A program made the position numbers and the translations under genes. Shown here one piece after another: positions 12,905 through 24,778 of a stretch of DNA of 64,000 bases. The notes beneath the pieces are model-generated. The model saw only the letters and a program-made list of their open reading frames with translations. It did not search any database and was not told the origin of the DNA. Source of the DNA: Perkinsus chesapeaki ATCC PRA-425 (Eukaryota; Protista; Perkinsozoa); NCBI GenBank assembly GCA_013115145.1, contig JAAPAO010000058.1, positions 1 through 64,000 of the forward strand, read 5' to 3'. Position 1 is the first letter of the stretch. Each line of letters starts with the position of its first letter.

Positions 12905-13188
12905 ACGGGGAGGTTGGCCAATGACCCACTAAATAAAGATATTGTACTGCAAACTAGTTAACACAACAGAACAATTCGCCAATTAAGATATGCCTATATT
13001 AGCCGTCATGTGATTTATTTTTACTCTGCCAAATCTCACTGAGCTGCTCCTGTTAGCAGTTCACTTAACTCGTGGGACTTCTGCTCTTGATGAAGCTGTC
13101 CCATGTAATCCAAAGCCTTTGGACCAAAGGGTACGAACTGCTTTGTTCTTTGCTGGCGACAGTAAACCAAACGGTCGATTGATATGGC

Positions 13189-14720
13189 GTGCGCTCAGTT
13201 TTCGAAAACCAGATATTAGCCAAGCTAGAGGCAAATCAGCTCGCGCCCAGCATAAGCTCAAAATTCCAATTACCACCAAACCATAATGGACTCTTTCAAC
13301 CCCTCCCGTCGACGGCCGCGGACCCCGAACCGATACTCGATGACCGCTACCTTCACCAACGGCACACTCACTTTAAGGGAGATTGTAGGGCGTCCTTGAC
13401 CAAAAGGGACCGAGTGATCCATTGCAGGCATCCGATCTTGCCACGGAAAATGAGGCATTGAAAGATTCCGTAGCGATAGCGAGTGCTTCGATTCATCGTA
13501 GAGAGAAGGCTTTGATCTGTCTAATAAAAGAGGTAAGCCTAACAACTGTAAATGGCCCTGAAACCCCGCTTCAGTTGAGAAGCTTTATTCTGCCGCCGAT
13601 CCTTAAGGAAGATACAATAGCAAGAAGGTAGAACAACTCTGACAAGTCAAATGCAGCACTTCTTCTTTGCAGACTACAACTAACGAACTCATCCAGACAT
13701 GCAATTCGTGAGCTCGGTGGGGTTTTTCGCCCGGGAGAGGTCTCCCCTGTCGAGCGCTGCCTGAACCAGCTCGGTCAATCCTTGAGGGCTATATTGAAAG
13801 TACTATAGGGGAAGGCGAGACAGCTCCAAAGCATAACTCGCTGGCTTTGTCGACGCGCATTTGAGGTTTGAAATGTTCTCAGAAAGAAATCAGCACGGCA
13901 ATGCAACCACTACAGAAGCGAATAGAAGAGTTAGAGGCAGAGAAAGGCAGCCTGGAGGAAAGCTTGGTTAAATCAAAGAACAAAAGAGAAAGGATAAAAG
14001 CTCAGCTGATGAACGAAATAAGGTCAGTCAAATGCGTTAGTGCGTGAGAAAACGATGTCGGCATTTATAGGATCAGTATTAAGTTGCGGAGCCTGCTGTA
14101 TAGGTACAATAAATCGTCTCGAGAGGGTTACGCAATGGACATAGAAAGAACTAAAAAAGTACTGGATAAGGCTCTGAGAGAGCTTGCACGTGTATCTGAG
14201 AGAGCTCAAGCTGCCGAAATGTAGGGGGAAATTAGGGACGACTCTCTTCCTTTTATGAACTATTTCGACTTGCTGTCAGGCTTAACGTCCAACTGAAGAT
14301 CTCACAAGAAAGGATTGAAGCCTCTAGAGTGGACATTGCGACCCAGTGTGAACAGACTGTGAACAAAGCGGACATCGGAACACAGAGCGAAGAGCTATCT
14401 GACGATGACACCTTTCATGAGGTCGAATTCTTAAAAGAGGATGATGCTTCTGAGACTACTCGTACCTGTCGATGCTGCAATGCTCAAAAACAGTTCCTCG
14501 AGGACACGCTGTTGAAGTATCGATTGGAAATTGAACAACTTCGAGTGTTCCTAGAGTAAGTGCGAGTTTGAGCTGATGGAGGGGAGTCTCGGCTTTTTAG
14601 GCAGCGCGATGAGGAGTTGGATAGGTATAAGAAGCGTCCAGGCATATCAAACGTAAGAGTCCGCGGTGACTGCCCTCTTGGCCCACCTCAAATCGATACT
14701 GTTTCAGGGAGAGGTTAGTC
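13189..14720 (+). CDS. Hypothetical coiled-coil protein, multi-exon
   Basis: Exons with heptad character (ATENEALKDSVAI, MQPLQKRIEELEAEKGSLEESL, QFLEDTLLKYRLEIEQLRVFLE) separated by GT-AG introns. Both ends are approximate. Confidence 0.55.
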
Positions 14721-14949
14721 GGTCACGCGAAGATGCGAAAATAGACGACATTACATGCGGATCGTTAGAGTGATACAAAATGAAGACTTGCTTAAACGAC
14801 CTGCAACCCGGAGTGCCGGCTGACGGGATACGCTTGGACTGCAACTGAAGTGGCGTGACGTGACGCGGAGAAAAGCGCATGGACGGAGTGCGAGGATAAT
14901 CACGGATAGAAGAATCTCTACGAAGTAAAGGAACACTAGCAAAATAAGA

Positions 14950-15022
14950 CACCCACCGTGGGGCTCGAACCCACGACCACAAGGTTAAGAGCCTTGCGCT
15001 CTACCGACTGAGCTAGACGGGC
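14950..15022 (-). tRNA. trnK-CTT: tRNA-Lys (anticodon CTT)
   Basis: Reverse complement GCCCGTCTAGCTCAGTCGGTAGAGCGCAAGGCTCTTAACCTTGTGGTCGTGGGTTCGAGCCCCACGGTGGGTG: 73 nt cloverleaf, A and B boxes, CTT anticodon, followed by TCTTATTTT. Confidence 0.97.
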
Positions 15023-15439
15023 TTGTCAGCATGTACAATGACCTGTGCTTTTACCAAGCGTTCTGCGTTGCAGTCAACCAACCTCCGAACGTCGTAACTC
15101 AAACACGTGTCATAACTATTTAACTTTCGATCGCCCTTCGCCTGAATACCTCAACACTTGCCACTCGCAAACACCTCGAGGTAGACCTCGTCACTATGCA
15201 CCCTAATTACTCTGCATTCCGAAGAACCACGAGACGAGATTGGTCGCTTTGACAATCAATTGGATAACTAGTACATCACGAAAGATGCCATACAACGTCA
15301 CGAGATGCTGTGGCCGCCACCTCCCTCTTTATAGACTTAACGAAACGCAGAATGGTGTAAACTGAGAAACCCGCAGGGAGTGGTGGTGATGACGCACGTC
15401 ACTGTCGCGCAGGAATCACAAAGTATTTAAGGTATAACA

Positions 15440-16646
15440 TTACTCAACCTCACTCAAGTAATCCTTAACCTCAGCAGGGGTAAGAACTCGGAATCTGAAA
15501 CAATACCACTTCGATGATACACATCACCCTACGATGAAGACTACCTCTTCTCCTCAGAGGAGACAATACCAATCTCAATGTTATGCTCGTTGATTGCGCC
15601 TTCGAACCCCTCCTGAACGTTTGGGACATTGCAGGGCAGCATCGAGTGAAGATCCGATAGTAAGCGATGCAGCTGCCATTTCCCCTGTACTACCTTCAAC
15701 GTGAGAATAGCCGTATGAATCGCATCCTCCAGCTCAATGTCTTCTGAGTATCTAATGATGTTATGTACCAGGCAGACAGTGAACTGAGGTAATCACCTTT
15801 TCTCTAAGAATGACTTGGCATTAGCGTAGTTCTTGCCAATGGCTGACGCCTTCCAACCGAAGAAGGCTCCGCTAGGGTCAACCTGGCAAGCAGTCTACTG
15901 AAGAGGAATAACCCAAAACCTTACCTGATAGAGCTGAGGGCCCTCAGTCTCGTCCCAACCAGCAATCATAAGAGAAATGCCAAAGGGGCGAACACCTCCA
16001 GATTGAGTGAACTCCTAAAGGCAATTAGCAGGTTGAAGAGAGCAACACATATGGCGTAGGATACTCACTTGCATGACATTGGCAACCTCTCTAGTGAGCT
16101 GTCGGACTGGGATCTCATCCTCGTAAGTGCACCAGTACTGTTGGGCCTAACGCAAAGTAACGGGTGGAGAATCAATATTTGCTTCTAGGATACATCCCCA
16201 CACCAGCGACGTGAGCGCGGCTGCTTTCATTATTCAGTAAAGTAAGCGTCTGTATGAGCGAAAATGACTACCTGCTTTCGGCCACGGGATAGGATAACTC
16301 TGAAGTCCGGAGGCATACCAGCAAAGACCTGAATGGTATGTTGGATATGCGATAAATCAAGTCCACCAGCGCCCTTATTACGCATCCAATCCTATTGGTG
16401 AAGTTATCTACCTTATGGACCGAGTCCTCATCGGCTAGAATGCTTTGGAACTGAATACGGCGCCCTTACGTTGTTGCTACCGTCCTAACAGCGTACCTTC
16501 TTCTCAGTGGCGAGTACAACACCATTCTTGGCTTTTATTCCCAGAGCCGGCTTTCCCATGGAGACAGCGTTAAGGGCGTACTCGATCTGGCCGAGCTTAC
16601 CAGAGGGAGAGAAGGTAGTCAATGAGAAGGAGTATTCAGAATCCAT
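15440..16646 (-). CDS. PSMA2: 20S proteasome subunit alpha type-2, multi-exon
   Basis: [50 protein letters not shown]; [19 protein letters not shown]; [16 protein letters not shown]; ends [17 protein letters not shown]. Confidence 0.96.
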
Positions 16647-17171
16647 AACGATGCTATAGAAAAAACAACAACAGCTGCACTTCTTAGATTAGCAAGATCC
16701 TCTACGGGCTAGCCTGCGCTGACTAGTAGAAATATAATAAATAATATACCAAACCTAGTCCCTCTGGATAAGCAGTATTGAGTGATGAAGAAAAGCCTTG
16801 TGTAATGAAGTAGATACTCAAAGGCTATATAGGTTGGTTTATATCCCACATAAGAGACGATTTCTGCCCGCATTTCTATGAAAGGAAGAGACTTATAGTC
16901 AGCTACAGTAAGACCGATGGCACTTGAAAACGACGGACAAGATGTTGTAGAGCTACTAAAGATTTTTATCACGAGTGCAGAAAAATACTATAAAAACACC
17001 TTCGCCGAGGATCGAACCCACGACTCATTCCTACCAATCTTCAAAGCGTTTGTTCATTTCCCTTCTTTGTGACTTTCACGATTTTCCCTCTGTAACTACT
17101 ACATGTTCCTCGTATACACTATGGGCTGCGTTCATCAACTCAACCAGGCTTTCTAGTCCTTTAGACTCCCC

Positions 17172-18886
17172 ATGGATATTTCAGACTACCTTCGGTTCAG
17201 TGACCCTAGACTCGTAGAAAAGCTCCGGCAAAACACCCAAGTGGTGGGTTATGAAGGTGCACCCAGTACCGCTGGATACTCAGGAGAGGCATCATTGGAC
17301 GCGAGCCTATTGCAAACGAAGCCATTAAGTAGTATAGGGGAATCAGTGGGGAAAATAATGCTCATCAGAGAAGCGAAAGTCTTGGTTACCGAGCGGCCTG
17401 CATTTCTTTGCTCGATCCAAGAATGAGTGTGTGAGAGAGTATTTCCGAAAGGGAAACTACAAGGGGAAGTGTACACCATTATTTGACGGAAGAGTGGTAC
17501 TATTTCGGGAAAAGCTGGTGGGGGATCTTGAAGGTCGGTGTAGGTTATAGGACCACAGAAGCTTACAGTGTCCCTGTCGATGCTTGTACTGCTGCTTATG
17601 TCCCTTACGATGGCATTGCATGTTTGTCCTCATCTTGTCGAGTCCGTAGAGGAGCTCGATGGAGCAGTTCACGGTACGTGAGAGACCCGCGTGCCATGTC
17701 CGATCGAATGCTTTTCAGTAACCAAATTCTTCACCGGCTTATTGGACTACTTTTTGTTACCGCTGTCCTGGGTAAGATAATTAGTAGGAATCTTTAAGGG
17801 TATCTTTCGGGGTGCGCACTAGATATTTTTTATTCTCACGGCATTTTCGGATCCGGGTATCATACCTCGGAGCAATCCCGAGGACCGTCCCGAAGAGCTC
17901 ATCGCCGAGATCAGGCCTCAGCAAATCGACCAGAGGTGAGCCTCGGAACGTGCAAGCCGGTGATAGATGTGGTTATTCAGAACGGGAATGCCTCGTCCTC
18001 GCTATCTGTTATTGAATGGTGTTGCAGTGAAACAGAAATGGTGCCGTAAGTATCCAGTAGCTCCAATCGGGAAGGCAGCGGTTACGTTGATTAGGCACAT
18101 GCAGAATTTACCGGCCCCCTAGGAGCCATCACTGTAGTGTTTGCGACGATTGTGTTACCCGCTTCGATCATCATTGTGCCGTCCTTGGTAGTACCACTCT
18201 CCCCCCTTCGCCTTACTGTGCATCCTCAGGTACTTGTGTGGGCCTCGGAAACTACCGTTACTTCCTGTGCTTGATTGTCACATTAGGTAAGCTATGCTGC
18301 TGCTGCTTCTGCTGCTCTCCTATCTTTATTGGTAAACGTGTCAGGTCTGGCGAGTCTTCTCGCTCTAGGACTCTGTATTGCCCATATTGCCACTGCAGGT
18401 AGGGGCTCGCTGGATGCGGGCGAGGTTTTAGTATTGTTCTTCAGCTGAGTGTAGAAAACAGAAGGTTGGCTACTTCATTCTGGACCATCTCAATGACTTC
18501 CTAGTGGCGATATTCTGTGTACTTCTCGTCGGCGGATTTGCTGTAAGTAACCTCTTTCCGACCTCGGGAGTATCTTGCGCATGCGTGCAGATATGTTAGC
18601 ATATCTTTGTCAGATGTTGAATATGTATCATCTCTACATTACCGCACATAACCTATCAACCAACGAGCATTTGAAGCGATACTACAGGATGAATCCATTC
18701 GACTATGGGACCAAGGAGAACTACTCCAACATCTGTTGTGAGAGGGGGGCCAACGTTCTTTTTTCATCACTTCACCGCCCCTTGTTTCCATCAGGCACGC
18801 CGGACATGCTCCTGCCTACGGTAGCAGGTGGAATGAATATATTAGCAAGCTATCGTAAGCCATACCACACTTCTCTCAGATCGTAG
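17172..18886 (+). CDS. DHHC-type palmitoyltransferase, multi-exon
   Basis: [10 protein letters not shown]; [52 protein letters not shown]; [16 protein letters not shown] (TTxE-like motif). The start is approximate. Confidence 0.9.
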
Positions 18887-19086
18887 TTGGGTGACCGCCT
18901 CAGGTCAAATTGGTACGCCGAATTCAGATTGCTTATCAGAACTGTACGATTGATCTGTATCCATCACCACACACTTGCCCTCACCTTAGTACAACATTCT
19001 CAGTGAATCCTATACTGGTTTCTGTAACCATACCGCCTCTTGTGTCCAGTGTCCCCTTCACTAATTCAACGGGCCAGTGTTTTTCC

Positions 19087-20921
19087 ATGACCTCCATGCC
19101 CACGTCCCATGGCGGCGGCCCTTCGGCGTCGGCGGGCGCGGGTCTGTGGTCGTCTGTTCTAGCATCAGTCGTCCGAGCGATGGATACCCCTCCTAAAGTT
19201 GGAGAGGAGATTACCTTTATAGATTCCCAAGGCTATCAATGTACGGCCAGGATAGTCAGACGAGTGCAGCCTAGTGAAGAGCCGGAGGTGTCGAGTACGT
19301 TTAGAGTGCCGGCGGAAGCGATAATACAGAAGGAAGGGTCTGGAGGTGGACTTGATATGGACAAGAAGGCGGGGGCGGCAGCATCGACGGTACAAGATTT
19401 GGGTAGCATGAAACTGTCGGTGAGGAATTCATTCCTACACGTATCCATGAGCGATACTGCCTATGATGAGATCGGTGCCAAGGGAGCTGAACGTCTACAG
19501 AAGAGAAGGTAGTAGTGGTTGGGGTTGAGGATGCTCTCCAATAGGTCATCTACCGGCTAGACTGGCTCGGTATTGAGTTGTTTGTCAGGACCAAGAGTGC
19601 AGATGCCACTGCGAACGGTGAAGATGGCAACGCACCGACAACTGCATCCACTACAGTCGCCAGAGACTGGCAGCAATCTGACACCCGTCAAGCGGCTGGC
19701 GTGAAGCCCGACACTCCTCCCACGGGTGTGAGTGAGGTACCCACTGTGAACCCCTCTAGTAGCATAAGCCAACGAGAGCCCAACAGTATGGTGTCTAGCG
19801 TTCCCTCCTCGAGCGGGCCGTGCAATCCGCCTTCCTCATTGGTTGGCAGTAAGCATATAGCTTCGCGTATCTTCTGTTATGTTGGTGCTTCAGGTGAGGT
19901 TCGGGACAATCCTAACGACCCTCGCACTACACTGATGATTCGAAACATCCCTACTAAGTTCACCCAGTCCACTTTGCTCGAGGTTATCAACACCCATGGC
20001 TTCTCCTGCACCTACGACTTTTTCTATCTCCCAATAGACTTCCGGTAACACTTGCTGAACGGCTGTGGAAATGCTCTATCAGGTCCGAGAAGAATCTTGG
20101 CTATGCATTTGTCAACTTCACCTCTCCTCAACTGGCCCAGGCATTCAAGCGAGACTTCCACCACAAGAAGCTCAAGTCGCTGACCAGCCGGAAGGTCCTC
20201 GAGATTACCTACGCTCGTTTACAGGTGAAGGTGCTGCTGCACTCTTGGAGTTGGAGCTTTTTCACTTTCAGGGACTGCAGGCAAATATTGATCTCTTCCG
20301 GAGCTCTGCGGTGACCTCTATGGCCTTGCCGCAGTACAAGCCTCTGGTGTTCACCAAAGAAGGGTGGGTGAGGGTAAGGAATAGGTTGACAGTTTCTTAT
20401 CTTAGGGTACCGATGCCGATATCATCCTTAGTAGGGGGAGGCAACAACAGCAGGCAGGGAGGCTCCCAAGGCGGCAGTAGCTACGGTGCAGGATCGTCGT
20501 TCGAGAGCGAAACCGCGGCCAGTGTGACATCCAGTGTGGCCTATGCCAGAGCTGTGCAACCAGGAATGATGCCCGGCCCTATGCATGCTACCTTACACGA
20601 GGGTCAGCCCTACAACCCGCCGTAAGCCTCGGACTCCTCTGGGGTAATAACATTACCCTTCTCAGGCAGCAGCATCCACCTCATACAGGGGGTAACATGC
20701 CGCCACAGATGATGCCTATGCAGATGTGGTACGGTCCACTGCCCCCTCCTCCTCAGCAGCAGCAGCAAGCGGCACAACAAGGGGGAACTCCTCATGTACC
20801 GCACAGTGAAGGATACTTTGCTGCGATGGCTGCGCAACAGCAACAATTCATGCACCCACAACAACAGCCACAACAACAACAACAGCCCAATCAGCATCAG
20901 CAACACCACCACTATCAATGA
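19087..20921 (+). CDS. Mei2-like RNA-binding protein (RRM_2 / Mei2 C-terminal RRM) with poly-Q tail
   Basis: RTTLMIRNIPTKFTQSTLLEVINTHGFSCTYDFFYLPIDFR|SEKNLGYAFVNF..KVLEITYARLQ|GLQANIDLFRSS matches the Mei2 RRM3 consensus. Last exon is Q/P-rich. Confidence 0.88.
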
Positions 20922-21271
20922 GCCTTGCTAAAGCCCCTGTCTGTCCATTGAGGTGACACGCCTTCATTTGTAGCCTGTCTTTTGCGCCACTCTGATCGGA
21001 GATCATTCCACCGCGTCCCCATCCAACTTTCTATCCCTTGGTTGGACATCCCATCCTCTCTAGGATCTAGTAGTCGTTATCATTACTGCATACTATGTTG
21101 ATGTACCTTTGAGTGTCCTGTGGCGCTGTTGCTGCTACCACTGGCCAACGAGACGTTATCGGTTTTGCTCTTCGCCGATTGTACGTGTTTTCTGCCTCGT
21201 TTCTATGGTCATCTCAATCACGCTTGCGTTCGCTGCTTCTATCGCATACCAGCGTCTCCTTCTCCTTCACC

Positions 21272-24200
21272 ATGAGCCCTCCAGTGAAGCAGTGGGAGCA
21301 AGACGGTGGATGGTATGAGGACGCGAAAGGGGACTATCGCACCAACACTGCCACCGGAGGAGGAGGGGGGAAACAACAACAGGGAAATGTGTTCCATCCA
21401 GAGTTCTCCAAGGAGGAGCTCGCTGAGCTGTTCTCAGTGAAGGTAGGCCGCTATACCGCCCACCATCACTTGTAATGTGTCTTGATTAGGTTGATGCTAT
21501 CGGAGCTGAGACCACTGAGGCTGACGTGTATGAAGTATTTTCTCGTTACGGTGAGGTTAGGGACATCTACATCCCAAAGGAATCGTAATCCTCCTCGTTG
21601 ACTTATTAACTTAATGTCATGTCTCTTAGGGATGGATATACGAACAAGCCTTTCTGTTTTGTCCGTTATGGTTTAGAGGAGGAGGCCCAGCGATCGCTCA
21701 CTGTTCACGATGTTCGCCTACCTGGAGGGAGAACCGATGTCCGTGTACACCTATCTACGAGACATCCTGTCGACAAAGGCCCGAGGCCTCGATCGGCCAT
21801 GCCACAACAGCAGCCGGAACAGATGCCCCCACCCCCACCTCCTCCCCAACAGCAGCAGCAGCCACAAGCGCACTACAGTAACATTGACGACACGGTCCGG
21901 CTTGAGCGTTGGTTGTCAGGTCGTCGACCACCTGTGAAACTAGATATGTCTCCCACAGCGAGAATGGCGCAGCAGAAATCGTACGATGACAGCCCTGGGC
22001 ATCACGCGAGGGAAACCAACGATCCTGCAAGACCGGAACTGTTCTCCCTTAAGGTGGGGACGCCAAAATGGCCTGTCACTCATTTGGTACCATTCTAGGT
22101 TGACTGTCTGGCCGCCGATACTGCACCGGCGGAGCTCGTGAACATCTTTTCTATCTACGGAGTCGTCCGGGAGGTTCGGCGGGAGGGGTTTGATTATCAG
22201 TTAACTGTGTGCGGTGGTCAGGTGTACATACCGGAAGGAGCCTACTATGGCTTTGTAAGGTTCGGCAAGGAGAGTGAGGCACTAGCGGCCCTTGCTGCCA
22301 ATCAGACCATAGTCCTCCGGTACCGTCATGCTACCTTTACTATGTTCATATGGACTTATTAGGGGAGCTTCCCACCCTATGAGAGTCGAACTTTCCGTAC
22401 ATAATAATAAGCAATTGTTCAAGCCTCTCGAGAGGAGGATGTACACTGCCCCTTCCCAGCCTCAACAAGAACAACAACAACAGTCGCAATCGAGGGCATA
22501 CGGTAAACCGACCCACAGGGATGCTCTACAGGTCTCCGCTTCCATTTGCCATGTTGATGTCTTCATCCATCCCCCACCTTTACTCGGTTACCCAAGCACT
22601 GTCCTCTTCTGCCTCAGCCACATCCTCGCAACCGCCACCTCCTCCATCCAACTCCTCTCAACAAGGCCGTTTCTCCCGACCCTCCATCACGGATTCTCGC
22701 CCAAAAGCAAAAGCCCAGTCAACCAAGTACTGTCATTTCCCCTCTTTCTCCCTTTTCCCTTCCGTACGCCCCTCCAGTTCCCTCGCTGCATCGTAGGGTG
22801 CTATCATCAGCGGCAGTGTTTTCTTAGATGGCGCAACTGGAGACTGGATCCTCCTCGAGTTGAGGACTTAACTCCAACAGATAAGGAGGCTAGGGACAAG
22901 TTGATATCCGTCAAAGTATAGCAGCGATGGGCTGCTTCAGGAGTACGTCATGACTATTCAGGTCGACGGCATTGAGGATGCGACAAATCATCGCCAGGAA
23001 GTGTACGAGATGTTCAGCGAGTTCGGAAAGGTAGCCAGCACTCTTCCACCACTGTTTACTTCTTCTGCTAGGTTCGTGAAGTATACGTACCCATAGGACG
23101 CTCTTATAATCCACCCAAGTATATGTTCGTAAGATACGCCACCTTGGAGGAAGGAGAGTGAGTCGGGGAGGGAGACAGCCGACACAATCCTGCGCTATGG
23201 CCGCCTTTGCGTCTATTTTCATAAATCCCCCCTCCAGTATTCGTGTCCTTTGAGGCCTCGCTAGCCCCGGAATATTTCAGTTACTCTTGGGGTCAGTAGG
23301 CTCTCTTACAACACAGTCTGTCATCCGAACCACCTTGGTGTCCGCTTGCTCTGCGATCCCCGCTCGTTCTGGTGTCACCAAATGCTTCCGTTAACCTGAC
23401 ATCTCGCTAGCCCCGCTATCGTATATGGCAGTAGGGGTCAGTAGATGCTCAGACAACAACTTCCTTCGGTTCACGCATTAGGGATGCTGACGCTACAGTG
23501 CATTCCTTATATGCCGGAGGTGACATACCAATGGGCGCTTATTGTCATACGCTTATTAGCTGCTATTTGTAAACACAAGGCCTGTGTCCTTCAGAGCGAG
23601 TTTAAGCCTCAATGGTCGGACAGTGGGCGGCTGGCCGATACGGTGCAGCATCGCGAAGAAGTTGACATCTTCCTCCGGTAGGATATGCCACAGTATAATC
23701 ACTCGAATTGCATTCAGTAGCTACACATGGTGCCCTACCCCCTCCATCAGCCTCGACTGCCAGTGGCAGCTGGAGTAGACGTCCTCCTGTTCCCACATCA
23801 TCAGATGGTTGGACAGAGCAGGAGCAACGACGCGGATGGCGAGTATCTGTACCGGCGAGAGCGACCAAAACCGAGCATTCTCGGGACGAGTCCGGCTACT
23901 CTGGTGGGCACTACTCTTGGAAGGACCACCGTGAGGTGGGCTAGCGGCGGAGGGTGAGTCACTTGGAAGGCTTTTATATTCCACAGTCGGCGTCGTATTC
24001 TCAACAACGGCCGAAACGACAAGTGCTGTCCGCCCAGGAAAGAGAGAGGATGTTCTCTGTTAAGGTGGGAATGCGTCCCCTTTACTTTACTTCACAGCAC
24101 TTAAGGTTAATAACGTCGGCTGGGATATAACAGAAGATGAGATTGAAGATGTCTTCAGCGAGTTTGGCTACATTACTGAAGTCTATCATCCCAAAGATAA

Positions 24201-24500
24201 ACCTTTCGCATTCGTTCGTTATGCTTCCGAAGAGGAAGCAATGTGAGTCACCTACACAGACCAACCCATCCTAAATCACCGCCCCAGGAACTCCCTCAGC
24301 GCCAACGGCGTTCGCTACCTCCACGGCCAGCCAGTTGCCTGTGAATTCTCTCGCCGTGGTCCGGCAGGTACCATCTATATACCACCCAAACCATATTAGG
24401 AACCGTATGCAACCCTTTAGATACGCGTATAGCTCGGGAGCAGGTTAGGCGTGGTAGATCCAGAAGCCGCAGTCCTCGTCGAGGATCCTATCGGCAATGA
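21272..24500 (+). CDS. Multi-RRM (four clear, probably five) RNA-binding protein with short RS tail
   Basis: RRM starts LFSVK|VDAIG (~21430), LFSLK|VDCLA (~22040), LISVK|VDGIE (~22905), MFSVK|VNNVG (~24050). RNP1-like FCFVRY, YGFVRF, ICFVRY and FAFVRY. Partial RRM near 23430-23670 (LNGRTVGGWPIRCSIAKK). Ends RRGRSRSRSPRRGSYRQ* at 24500. Could be more than one gene. Confidence 0.7.
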
Positions 24501-24778
24501 ACCATATCATCCCTCCATTGGGGATCCTTTTGAGACCATTACCATCGTGACAAGAATAGTGTAGTTTCATCAATCTCCATCAACCGTTTTTGGTTACCGC
24601 TTCCCATCGGCTCCTCGCCGCTCCGCCATTTCCTACCAATCCTCCACAGCAACTGTTCTCGACCATAATGGTCGGACCATTAATCCTGATTGAAAGCTCT
24701 TCAGTATAAATATTATGTACAAGCCTTATTGATCCTCCTTTCCTATTACCCTGCCACACAGCTAGTTTCTGTTTCCTT

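Noticed and set aside
14704-14982. Minus-strand ORFs 14704-14982 and 14751-14942
   Set aside because: They overlap the tRNA gene and its trailer and show no protein-like features.
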